Of a DNA stretch of 64,000 nt, positions 37,501-49,540 are shown in pieces. The stretch comes from Malacoraja senta (lineage: Eukaryota), in the NCBI GenBank assembly GCA_038087875.1, contig JAXLNO010001028.1, forward strand, positions 1-64,000. The letters are read 5' to 3'. Below the pieces are notes generated by a model. That model ran no database searches. It worked only from the letters and a program-made list of their open reading frames with translations, and was not told where the DNA came from. Numbering within the stretch: position 1 is the stretch's first letter; each line of letters opens with the position of its first letter. Made by a program: the position numbers and the translations under genes.

Positions 37501-38568
37501 GATGCTGTTTCAGACATTTACTCCATCACATTTTGATAGAGACACGGCCCATCGTCTATATTTAATGTGTCCTAACTGCTGAACACCCATTGATAACAGT
37601 TGGCTGGTGATAGTCTCTTTATGGGTTAAGCATTTGATATTTAACACCAGTAAAAAGTGGATGGATTGGATCATCTGTTTTATTGGGCTGGAATGAGGGA
37701 GAAACCATAGTTTATTTATAGCCTGATCACCTAGAGATGGGACCTTGATTAAGCTGGTTGATGGTGACTATGATGTATTCCCTCAACAATAATATTCTGT
37801 TAATCCAGCATTCCCTCAATATTGGCAACAATCCACAGAGAGTGTAGCAATCCCACACAGTGCAACAGCCTTGATGTACTTCCCATCTGCATTGCCTTAA
37901 CCTTCAGACTGACCTGTTCACTGTATAACATTGCCCATCTGACAATGCACTCCTTCCTCTGTTCTTTATGTACGAAAGTGCAGAATCTGAGTTCTACCCT
38001 TCTGACACAGCAAAACTTCTTTAGTGTTACATCCGCAACAGTAAAGCTTCCCCCCTCAACACTTGAGGTTAGTCCATGCCCTCAGTATATAGACCATGGG
38101 TCATTGAGTCACACATCATGGAAACCGGCCCTTCTGCTCACTGAATCCACATTGATCATCATTTGTACTAAGATGGAGTCACAGCAAACTGCAGATGCTG
38201 CCAATCTGAATTAAAAACAAACAGGAGGAACTCAACGAGTCAGGCAGCATGCTGTGGAAAAATGGACAGAAAACATATGAGACCAGGACCATTTAGAGTG
38301 ATGGAGTAGGGTGGAGAAAGCTGGAAAATAAAAGTAGTCTGTGTAGGATACTGTTAATGTGCGGGGATCACTGGTCAGTGCGGACTCGGTGGGCCGAAGG
38401 GCCTCTTTCCGCGCTGTATCTCTGAGCTAAACCTGCTCCTATGCTGTACAGCTCCATGTTGTGTTCTGTTATGCCTGTTTGTACCATGCTGAGAACTGAT
38501 TTGTAAATTGCCTCTCCCTTCCATCCACTCTCCCCAACACAAATCCTCCACCCCTACCTCAGCCCCAG

Positions 38569-38844
38569 CTGTTTGCTTTGTGCAGGGTTTCTGCGGCTGT
38601 GAAGTGGACAGTGACAATTCCACTGATGGGTTTGTCAGACTGGGTTATGATGGGGAGGATGCCTGTGCTTTTGACAAGGACAGAATGCGCTGGATTGCAC
38701 TACGTCCAGATTTCCAGATGCTAGCAGATCGGTGGAACGTCAACACCTTCATGAACAAGTATTTTAAAGATCTCCTGGAGAAGGACTGTGTGAAGTGGCT
38801 GCGGATATATCTGGAGTGTGGACAAGAAGCACTACAGAGGAGAG
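38569..38844 (+). CDS. MHC class I-like a2 exon
   Basis: ccccag acceptor, gtacac donor, 276 nt; VQGFCGCE...GYDGED...W...DCVKWLRIYLE with the canonical C101/C164-equivalent pair. Confidence 0.92.
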
Positions 38845-38944
38845 GTACACGACGTAGGCACTCTGACTGATGGGCCAGAGGATATCCTCTGGATAGATCA
38901 GGTGGGAAATATCATGCACTTCAGGCTGTCACTTGAGTAATTAT

Positions 38945-39235
38945 TTAGTTTAGTTTAGTGATACAGCGCGGAAACCCACCGAGACCGCACCGAGCAGCCA
39001 TGCCCGCACACTAACACTATCCTACACACACTAGGGACAATTTGCATTTATACCAATCCAATTAACCTACAAATTTGTACGTCTTTCGAGTGTGAGGAGA
39101 AACCGAAGATCTCGGATAAAACCCACGCAGGTCACAGGGAGAACGTACAAACTCTGTAAAGACAAGCACCCGTAGTTAGTAACAAACCCAGGTCTCTGGC
39201 GCTGTAAGGCAGTAGCTCGACCGCTTCGCCACCCT
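38945..39235 (-). mobile_element. HE1-like SINE
   Basis: Reverse-orientation head/body/tail. Confidence 0.8.
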
Positions 39236-40046
39236 GTTCTACAACGTGGGTATCAGTAAATTGTCTGGCAACGTGCCTCTTAGATGGAGCCAGTGGGTAG
39301 GAAGTGCAAGTGAAAGATAAATATTGTACCAGTGTCCTCTATCCACAGTCATATAGATATTCAGGAAATGGAGGGATATGTATCTTGGTCTTATGTTTAG
39401 CATTGACCTTGTGCCTGAAGTGTCTGTTGCTGCGCTGATCAGAAACCCAATCAGATTCTCTATTTGCCTCTATTACTCCTTGGGATGGTGACATCCAATT
39501 TCCAACAGTTCTCTGGTTGAAGAACTTCTTCCTCCCATTCCCTCTTGGAATATTTAGTGTTATTATTCAGCTGAGATTCATGAACAAGTAGAAGCAATCA
39601 TGTCTACAGTATCAATCCCAATGGTGAGTTATACTCCTCCATTGGGCCTGCATTCCCCTTACATCTGCGCTGTCAGTTCAAGTCTGGAGCTAAGATAAGG
39701 AGCATGTCAGTGATATTAAAACTAAATGTTTTGTTGTTTTGCCAGAAATGCAAAATGAAAAGAGAAAAGGCTGTAAACTGTGTGCAAGATAGAACTGCAG
39801 ATGCTGGTTTACACTGAAGATAGAAGATGTTGGAGTAACTCAGTGGGTCAGATAGCATCTCTGGGCATTCCTTCTCTCCAGAGATGCTGCCTGACCTGCT
39901 GAGTTATTCCAGCATTTTGGGTCTAGGCTGGAAACTTTGTTCAGCTGGAGAAAAAACTGATTGGGAAAGAGGTGAGTTGCAGTGATCTTACAATTGAAGG
40001 CTTTTGTTCATGTCTTCACTGATTCTGACGCTTCCTACACTTGCAG

Positions 40047-40319
40047 AAACCCCTGAGGTGTTTATTGGGATTAAACGTGATGGGTCACAATCACTGAGAC
40101 TCTCCTGCCTTGTCACAGGCTTCTACCCACGGGCCATCGATGTAACGTGGCTGAGAGATGGTGAGGGAGACCACGAGTCTGAATCCAGTGATCTGTTGCC
40201 CAATTGGGATGGGACTTACCAGCTGAAGAATACAATTCAACTGAGTAGAGAAGATGTGGCAAAATTCTCCTGTTACATTGAACATGCAACTCTGCTGCAG
40301 GGAGTCAATGTTCCACAGG
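40047..40319 (+). CDS. MHC class I-like a3 exon (C1-set Ig)
   Basis: ttgcag acceptor, gtaagt donor; LSCLVTGFYPRAIDVTW...LLPNWDGTYQ...FSCYIEH. Confidence 0.93.
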
Positions 40320-40419
40320 GTAAGTGGCAAGTCAATGAGGCTGATCACTTGAGAGAATAAACCTCCTGGACTGAGATAACAGCCTCAACACACTCTTAAC
40401 TAAGCTGTGCATTTAGATT

Positions 40420-41060
40420 TTAGACTTTAGAGATATGGTGCAGATACAGGCCCCTCAGCTCACTGAGTCCTCGCTGAACAGTGATCATCCCGTACATTTA
40501 CACTAACCAACACACTGGGGACAATTTACAATTTTACCTAAGCCAAGTAACCTTCAAGCCTGTATGCCTTTGGAGTGTGGGAGGAAACCGGAGCACCCGG
40601 AGAAAACCCACGCAGTCACAGGGAGAACATACAATGTCCTTGCAGACAGCACCTGTAGTCAGGATCAAACCCAGGTCTCTGGTGCAGTAAGGCAGCAGCT
40701 CTACCGCTACGCCACTGTGCCACCCATCATTAATTTGTGGTTATCTAATTGCCCAGAATTATTGATAGTCAATGGAATGTGGTTTAATTTAAGAGATACA
40801 GCGCAGAAACCGGCCCTTTGGCCCACGAGTCTGCGTCAACCAGCGATCCCTGCACACTTACATTATCTTACTTATTAGGGGACAATTTACAATTATACCA
40901 AGCCAATTAACCTACAAACCTGTATGTCTTTGGACTGAGGGAGGAAACCGGAGATCCAGGCAAAACCCACGCAGGTCCGGGGGAGAAGGTACAAAACTCT
41001 GTACAGATGGGACCCGTAGTTAGAATTGAACCGGGTCTCTGGCGCTGTAAGGCAGCAGTT
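40420..41060 (-). mobile_element. Two tandem HE1-like SINEs
   Basis: Copies at ~40420-40720 and ~40780-41060. Confidence 0.8.
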
Positions 41061-42404
41061 CCACTAAGTGGGCAAAGCAGAGCCAAATGGAATACAGTGT
41101 AGCAAGTGTCTGGTTTTACATTTTGGCAGTCGGAATAAAGACATAGACTATTTACTAAATGGGGAGAGAATTCAGAAATCTGAGCTACAAAGTGGGAGTA
41201 GTAGTGCAGGATTCCCAAATAGTTCATTTGCAGATTGAGTCAGTGGTAAGTAAGGCAAATGCAATGCCAGCATTCATTTCGGGGGGACTAGAATATAAAA
41301 ACAATGATATAATGCTGAGTATTTATCGGGCACTGGTGAAGACACATTTGGAATATTGTGAGCAGTTTTGGGCTCCATATTAGAAAGGATGTGCTGGCTT
41401 TGGAGAGGGTCCAGAGGAAGTATGTCCTGGGGATGATTGATTTAACGTATGAGGAACGTTTGAAGTCTCTGGGCTTCTACTCGTGGGAATTTAGAAGGAT
41501 GAGGGGAAAATCTCTGAAACCTACCAGTTAATGAAAGTCCCAGTTAGTGGATGTGGATAGGATGTTTTCAGTAATGGGAGAGTCTAGCACAGCCTCACAA
41601 TAAAAATACGTACTTTCAAAATGGAGATGAGGAGGAATTTCTTTAGTCACAGGGTGGTGAATCTGTGGAATTCATTGATACAGACAGCTGTGTGGGTCAA
41701 GTCATTGCATATTTTAAAGCAGAGAATGATAGGTTCTTGATTAGTACGGGTGCCAAAAGTTACAGGGAGAAGGCTGGAGAATGGGATTCAGAGGTAAAAA
41801 AAGATCTGCCATGACTGAATGGTGGAGTAGACTCAATGGACTGAAAGGCCAACTTCTGCTCCAATGGTAAAAATTATTCTTATGTCACCCTTAACTCACA
41901 CATCCAAATGTAGGAAGCAAGATAGGCTGATCCTGGCCAAGGTCTCTTATCTTATTTCTTGGGCATCTAGCTAATTTTTTAATAGTAGTTAGTTGCACAA
42001 AAGGCCAATAGTGGTGCCACATCCAACCCCATTATCAGGCTGAAGTAGCAGCACCTGTTCTGTAGCTGACTTATTTGTTCCAGTCAAGACCTCTGCAAAT
42101 ATCTTCACACCAGGGCCAAGCTGACATGGTTAAAATTGCTGGTCAGTACAAATAGACAGTAGTGTTAATGTCTGAGTGTGCGTGTGTGTGTGTGTGCGCT
42201 CATGCGTGTGAGACAGAGAGAGGGGGAGGGGGAGGGAGAGAAAGAGAGTGTGTGTGTGTGAGAATATCAAACTCTCAGATATTGAAATATCAGCAAAGTT
42301 TAAAACCTTTGAAGTTTTATCAACTATAAATGGGTTCACTTTTATTTGCTAAAATAACAATGGTCAAGATAAGAAAATAGCCTTGTTGACCTCTACACTG
42401 CAAA

Positions 42405-43245
42405 TAGACCAGCAGGGGGCGCTGACCTGTGTGCGGCTACCCAGCCAGCAGCTGTCTGTCCTTTCACCTTTATTTTTTTTATTTTAGTCAGTAAAGTGTT
42501 TTGTTTTGGAGGTCTAGACTTTTTTGTGTGGGGGGGGGGAGGGGGAAACTACCTTTCAGGGTCCCTACCTGGCTGGAGAGGCAGCTTTTCTCCGGGCTGC
42601 AGCTTCGACCCGTCCTCGCGGCCTACCAGTGGGCCTGGAGCGGCGTTTCCTGTCGGGGACCGCCCAGAGCCTCGGCTTCGGCACAGCGCTGGAGCGCTAT
42701 CGCGGAGCGGGCGGTGCCTTGCCCGGGTCGCCGCGCTGGAGCTCCGGTGAGCTGAGGATCGCTGGAGAAAACATCGCGGAGCTGCGGGACTGTGGAGCGA
42801 CCAGCTGAACTTTACACCGGGAGCCTGGGATCTCTAGATGAGAGCGCCAGTTGTGGAGCTCCAACCGGCGCGGCCTTGTTGGCTTCGGAAGCCGCGGCCC
42901 CCAGTGCGGAAGCGGCCGTTCCAGGGTTCCGAGGCCGCTGGGAGGACTCTCCCGACGCTGGAGCAACATCACCCGGCGAGAACGGCCTGGAACATCGGGC
43001 CTCCGTAGAGGCAACTGTGGAGGCCTCAATGGGCCCGACTATGGGTGAACTGGGGTTGGGGACTGGACTTTGTGCCTTCCCTCATGGTGGGACCCATTGT
43101 GGGGGGGTGTTCAGTGTTAAGACTATCTTGGTGTTGTGTCTGTATTCTCTCTCTTTTTTGTGTGCTGCATAATGGCAAAAAGCATTTCACTTCACTACAC
43201 CCGGGTGTATGTGAATGTGACAAATAAAATATCTTGAATCTTGAA
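42405..43245 (+). mobile_element. GC/CpG-rich non-coding retroposon-like insertion in MHC intron 4
   Basis: ~830 bp CpG-rich body ending in gtgacaaataaa...(tcttgaa)n LINE-type tail. Confidence 0.5.
42409..42422 (+). promoter_or_regulatory. Candidate CTCF site
   Basis: CCAGCAGGGGGCGC, 14/14 to the CCASYAGRKGGCRS consensus. Confidence 0.5.
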
Positions 43246-43499
43246 TCTTTATTTATGACATATGTTTGATTCTTTAAATTCATAATTAAATGCTGCAGAT
43301 AAAATCTCAACGCTAATATGAACTTCAAAGATTTTTCATTGATCTATTTAAACATCCATCGTCTGGACAATTACATAAATCTAAGACTTTGTTACTTTTT
43401 ATTTAGATGTGAACAATGCTAGTTTAATGTAGATAATAAAATCATTTCAAAGTCATAATTGATCAATAAATGTTTAAAATGAACTATATATGCCAACAG

Positions 43500-43726
43500 A
43501 GATGGCAGCGAAAGAAGATATAAAGATTAGGATCGTGACTGGAGCTGTAATCGTTCCTCTCTTTCTCCTGGGGATCATCCTTGGAATTGGTTGCTGGAAG
43601 AAGAGGAAAAAGATAAAACCTTTCAATGAACAGGGACCAGCTGACAACAGCAGAGACCAGGAGACGACTGCAGTGACCATGAAGCACAATCAACTTCCAT
43701 TGGGATGCAGAGGTCTACCGGAATGA
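43500..43726 (+). CDS. MHC class I-like connecting peptide/TM/cytoplasmic exon
   Basis: caacag acceptor in phase 1; IVTGAVIVPLFLLGIILGIGCW followed by KKRKK stop-transfer and a tail to TGA. Confidence 0.75.
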
Positions 43727-44781
43727 TGCCTGGATTAGTGGGGTATTAGCCACAGGGAGAAGTTGGACACACTGGACAGTTGGATTGTTTTCTCTGGAAT
43801 GTCGGGGATTGAGGGGAGACCTGACAGTAATATATCAAACTGGGAGGAGTAGAGATAGGGTAGACCATCAGACTTTTTACCCAGGAAGGAAATATCAAAC
43901 AAGAGCAGGTATAGCTTTACAATGAGTGGCAAAGTTTAAAAAAGATGTGCAGGACAAGTGTTTTACGCCAAGGGTGGCGAGTGACTGGAATGTGCTGCCG
44001 GGGGTGGTGGTGGAAGCAGATATGATAGTGGCATTTAAGAGACTTTTAGATAGGCACATGTATATGCAGGGTATGGATGGATATGGATTATGTGCAAGCA
44101 GGTAACAATTGGTCTTGGCATCATGTTCGGCACAAACATTGTGGGTCAAAGGGCCTGTTCTTGTGCTGTACTGTTCTATGTTCTATGCTCTTTATTGTAT
44201 CAATGCTGACTGATGGCTTTACATTCAGCCATTAATTTTTCAAGTGCTGTCTTCACTGCAGTTAAAGGTCTGTCTCACGAATCTGCGGTCATTGGCGGCG
44301 AAACGGGAAGAATCTGCCGCCATAGACCGCGCACTCGTGAGAAAGAACAATTCCCGGGCCGTGCGACGGTGTTCCCAACACCGCGCGGTGCAAAAATAAA
44401 ATCGACAATGTCGAAAACACAATACTCACCGCACAACCTCCACCAGTGATGCACGAGTGCGCACGGCCGCTCGCACGGCCCGCCGCCAGTATGGCTCGAG
44501 CGCCGTGCGTCAAGCCTCCACTGCCACAGCCTCCGCCAGTGAGGCACGTGCCGCCGCCAGTGACGCACGTGTGCTGCACGGCCGCTGGCACAGCCACCGC
44601 TGCAGCGCCGCGATCTGGACAGCTGCCGCCACAACCCATCAGATTCAAAATGACGTCATCGCAGTCGGTCCGCCCTTTTTCTTTGCTGTTCACGTCCAAA
44701 CCACGCGAGATCTGAGACTTCAACAGTGTAGCATTTTTACCGCGTTTTTCAAACGGAGTATTTTGACAGTTGACTAGCAAC

Positions 44782-46640
44782 ATGGGGAGAACAAGGAGTG
44801 TGAAGAAATCGCTGCAGGATAAAGTACAGTATTCTAGTATGGGTGCTAATAAAATTCAGGTGCTGGAGGGTCCAGCCACTGGCCCTGCCCCTGCCCCTGC
44901 CCCTGCCCCTGCCCCTGCCCCTGCTTCATTACCTGTCCCATCTCCTGCCCCATCTCCTGCCTCAGCTGCTTCCACATCTGCTGCCCCATCTGCCTCTCCA
45001 TCTGCTGGTCCATGTCCTACTCCAGCTTATGTCCCTGGATGGGTGTGGAACAGGTCTGGCTCACAGCCATATAATTTTTCCCGAGAGCAAGAGGGGGACC
45101 TGGTGGAATGGTATCAGTCCCACCATGAGCTGTACGATAAGACCAACCGTGATTTTAGGAACAGGGGTCTCCGTAACCTCATAATTGGAGAAAAGGCGAA
45201 GGAGTTCCCTGACTGCTTTTGTAAGTACATATCTTTCAGTTTATCTACATTTCTGTGTTTGTAATTGAGGTTCAAATTCATATTATAATTTGCTCAACAC
45301 TTATCTTCATTTATGCTATCTTTTCACAGATGACCAACTGTGCCAATGGCTAAAGAGTCAGAGGACACGGTTCGGCAAAATATCACAAGGTCTTGGCAAG
45401 TCTGGCTCTGGCAGTAGGAAACTGACTGACAGAGACCAGTGGATATATGACAAATGGGGGTTCGTCCGGGACCACATTGTAAGAGTGCACACGAAGGAAA
45501 GTTGCAGGAAGGTAGGAACTCAGAAAATTATGTGACAATAAATATTAGTTGGGAAGTCAGTACAAAACACTTTTAACAATGATAACTTGTTCACTTTCCC
45601 TGCTACGTCCGGATGGTCTTGCACATGTATGATACGCATTCACTTTCTTCTAGTGTACTGTGGGTGCATCAACGTGCGCGGACTCGAGTGAGGGTGAGCC
45701 TGATCCGCTAGAAGGACCTTCACATGGACCATCCGGGTCATGCACTGCGGTAGAACTGCAGCAGCATGCAAGACGGAAGCGGGTCAGCACAACTGCGTCA
45801 GATAGCGAGGTGCCTGTCCAAACTCTGCAACGGGACATGTTCAGGGATGTAAGTGCTTTTGGATTACCCATCATCAAATCTCTTTCACTCCGCCCTACTT
45901 CCACGTTTCTCCATCTCATCCCACAATACAATTATCATGATTGTACTCTCTTGTTGCAGATCATGGAACAGGCAAAGACAACGTCGGGCATGATCACCTC
46001 TTTCTCACAGCCAAGGACGTCCCATGAGAGAGTTGTGCATGCATATGCAATGTTCCTCAGGGAGGAGATGTTCTTAATCCCTGAGGAAAATTGGCAACGT
46101 TATAGCATGGAGGGATTGTCCTTGGCAAGGGCGCACAGACTTCCGCAGCCAGTAAAATATTTAAATCAAAGTTCATTGAAATTAAAAAAGTTTTAAATTA
46201 ATGCCGTCTATGATTCATTTACTACTGTTTTCTTTGTGTTGCAGAGTCCGATAAGGCATATGCCATTAGTGCCACTGCAACAAAGGAGGATGCCACCACA
46301 ATATCCCCACCAGGTACACTGTGAAACATTTTTGAGTCTTCAGCCTGACTCATGATTTTCTCTAACACACAGCTTGTGAAAGGTTGTGATTTGTTTTATA
46401 TGATTTGTTTGGCACCGATACATATTGATACGCTTATGTGTTTTGCCCACAGGCAAGGATGGAATACCGTCCTGTGACATACCCCTGGATGGCAGCCCCC
46501 CCCCCACTATGTCAGTGGACACACCCCACCGCAACATAGTTCATCACGTGGCATGGATAGTCTAGGGGAAGGCGAATTCCATGTACAATTTGAGGTTCCC
46601 GAAGATGGCACAAACTCCAGCACCGATGACGCAGACGTAT
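44782..46640 (+). CDS. Harbinger Myb/SANT (MADF-like) partner protein; exons 44782-45220, 45330-45511, 45654-45848, 45960-46151, 46245-46313, 46453-~46640
   Basis: LVEWYQSHHELYDKTNRDF...Y-DQLCQWLKSQRTRFGKI trihelix; all five introns GT-AG with consistent phase; last exon reads through only if the C run at 46496-46505 is 9 rather than 10. Confidence 0.75.
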
Positions 46641-47088
46641 ATAATTAATAAGAATGACATGTGCCGTAGGAGTGACGTTGCCCCCAAAATTCACTGTTGT
46701 GCCTGCTTGTGTGTTGCACATTACCGTTCAATTCACTGTTTTCTCACGACGTTATTTGTTTGCTTTCACTAATGAACAATGTTCTGTTGAATTGCTTGTT
46801 TTTCAATATGTTAATTGTTTCCACTAAATAAACAGTTTAAATTTAATATAGTATTGTGGAAAAAAGTGTCTGTTAATCGCGGCGTAGATCTCATATGGAA
46901 ACAACCTGAAATGATGGAATGCATCTCACATACAAAATCATTGATTTATTAGAGAAATAAAACACAAACAGGCATAGAATAGCATTGAATTACAAAAAAT
47001 TTTCATTATAAGCCATGAAAATAATACAATGGCATTTAAGCCCTTTCAAGATCAGGCAACTTTAAAATAGGTGATGTAGGTGGTACTA

Positions 47089-48331
47089 TTAACACAGATT
47101 CAATAATTTCGCAATGTAAAACCATCCATCAACATACATAGATCGCACTTTTGTAAGATCTGGGGCCTTCATGATCGGGTACCTCTGCCGTGAAAACACA
47201 ACCCTGACATCCCCTGTTTGCTTTTGATCCTCAAAACACATTGTCCTGGTGCGGATCAGGTTATGGAGGACACATGCCGCGTAGACAATGGCCTGCACAT
47301 TCTCGGGCTCCTGCTCCATTGTTGTAAGCAGGCATCTGAATCTGCTAGCAAGGATACCAAAAGCATTCTCCACTACCCTCCTAGCCCTGGACAGCCTGTA
47401 ATTGAAGATCCTTTGCTCCCTTGACACCCCCCCTGTGAGGGTATGGCTTCATCATCCATGGCCTGAGTGCAAAGGCATCATCACCAACCAGTGCGTAGGG
47501 GATGTCAGGGATGTCAGGGTTGTCTTCTCCAGGCAGAGGTTCTGGATCCGGAAGGCCTGCTCTCCCTTCTTCCAATGCTTGCCCAAGGGAGGTCTCTCTC
47601 CAGATCCCTCCATCTGCGGCACTGCCAGGTGTGCCCACATTCACAAACATGAAGTTGTAGTTTGCATCTACCACAGCTAACAGCACGATGGAATGGAACT
47701 TCTTGTAATTAAAGTACACAGAACCTCCCCCGGGTGGACACCGGATGGCCACATGCTTCCCGTCAACAGCCCCACATGTGTGCAGGAAGTTCCATCTGCT
47801 TTGAAAGCCGTGCGCCACACTCCTCCACCCGTCTGGTGTAGTTGGGCAGTCAATAAGCTCATCATATGTTTTGTTGATGGCATCACACGTCTCTCGGACT
47901 ACACCGCTGATGGTGTTGTGAGCCACACGGAAGTTGTACGACAGGCTCTTGTAGGAATCCCCTGATGCAAGGTAGCGGAGGGTGATGGCTAGGCGCAGGC
48001 CTGGTTCCAGTGACTTCCGCATGACGGTGTCCATTTTCTGCAGTAGAGGTCCGACTCGTGTCTTGAGCTCCTGAAACAGGTCAGGCGGGATCCTGGTGAA
48101 ATTTCTAAAGGCAGCATCATCTACCCGCTGCAGATCCGTCATCATGGTCTCATACTGGCCCAAAGTAGGTCTCATCAGGAACAAAGGCCTCATCCACACA
48201 GACCTCTTCCTGGGCTTCTTCTTCATAACCTTCTTTGTTGAACTGCTGCACGGATGACCTGCAACCATGATGGCTGCTGCTAAGAGAAGATTATGTTGGT
48301 GTAGCAGCAATGCAATGTCAATGTCTTCCAT
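47089..48331 (-). CDS. Harbinger DDE transposase (HARBI1-like), frameshifted at the C7 run 47427-47433
   Basis: [50 protein letters not shown]. Confidence 0.88.
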
Positions 48332-49540
48332 TGTGCAGTAGTTTACAGGTCCTAATCGAGTTTGCTGCAAGATTAAGAGAGAATAAGTGTGAATATTCCA
48401 AAAAATTTTACGTGTGGAGAGTTGACAGGTCTTTGTGGGCCAAAGGACCTGTTCCTGTGTTATACTGTTCTATGTTCATGGTCTCTCTAAGAAAATGGTT
48501 CTCAGATTTACAAACTCCATGCAGACAACCACGAGTGACCACTGATTTATTTTTGTATATACATCATCCTATTGTTATTACTAACTTTGTTATTGCTGGT
48601 CTACAATTGTTAGACCCTAACCCCTTTGTAAAATTGACTTTTATAAAACACATTTCTATAACACATGTTGTTTTAAGAACAAAAAATAGCCAGCGACTTC
48701 TGTTTACCTGAAATAAAGATGGCGTCAGGCTCGAGCTTTCCAGACTCTGCTCCAAATGGCGTCAGGCCCGAGCTTGACTCCTCTCAAAATGGACGTCCCC
48801 CTCCCTCCTTCCCTCCAAATATGCTTATTTCCTTAAGAATGTAAACATGTTCTACTCAACTGATGAAATAAAGATCTTTTGGGCAATTCTAAAGCTAACT
48901 ATAAGGCCTGTCTCACGAGTCTGTGGTCATTTATAAAATAGACTTTTATAAAACACATTCCTTTACTTTTTGTTTACCTGAAATAAAGATGGCGTCAGGC
49001 TCGAGATTTCAAGACTCTGCTCCAAATGGCGTCAGGCTCGAGCTTGAAAAAAAAATGAACGTTCCCCTCCCTCCGTCCCTCCCGTCAAAGTCCGGGATCG
49101 CATGCTCGTTCGACAGGCCGTGCGATGATCACCCGACGTACGTGCAACAAAAGCTTCTGGTAAATCAACATTTTTTTTAACCTACCGCAAGCACGTGGGA
49201 CCCGCCCTATTTGATTCACTCGGCCCCCGCGCAGCATCCGCGCGATGCTCCGGTGGATAGGCTCGACGCTCTCGCCGTTGCCGCGCGGACCTCGCTACCG
49301 TCTACACCGCGCTTCACCGCCGATGACCGCAAACAGGTAAGACACGGCCTTTACCCTGTGATTCCAAAGTCATACATTGCGCCACATTTTGGAATAAAAG
49401 GTCGCCCATTTGATTGATTGATACTTTATTACCATATGTGTCATGTCACAGTGAAATTCTTTGTTTTGCATGACATACAACGAGTCACCATGTATAGGGT
49501 GTCGACACAGTTACAAAGTAATCATTACAGTCCCCAATGG

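Larger units (their letters stand above)
28378..43726 (+). pseudogene. MHC class I heavy chain-like gene (divergent, non-classical), 5 coding exons; a1 frameshifted (pseudogene or null allele)
   Basis: Leader, a1, a2 (276 nt), a3 (C1-Ig) and TM/cytoplasmic exons, all phase-1 junctions with GT-AG; 8-bp insertion and TGA at 36624-36626. Confidence 0.88.
44266..49350. mobile_element. PIF/Harbinger transposon with two convergent genes
   Basis: Imperfect ~40-bp TIRs (AGGTCTGTCTCACG...GCGGTCATTGGCGG / inverse ending 49350), TAA and TTA flanks; Myb/MADF gene on +, transposase on -. Confidence 0.85.

Noticed and set aside
42496-43172. Overlapping GC-rich ORFs
   Set aside because: Stop-poor because of high GC; no domain similarity; inside an intronic repeat.
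47381-48370. Host HARBI1 gene
   Set aside because: Lies between TIRs with a convergent Myb partner, so it is a transposon copy and not demonstrably the domesticated gene.
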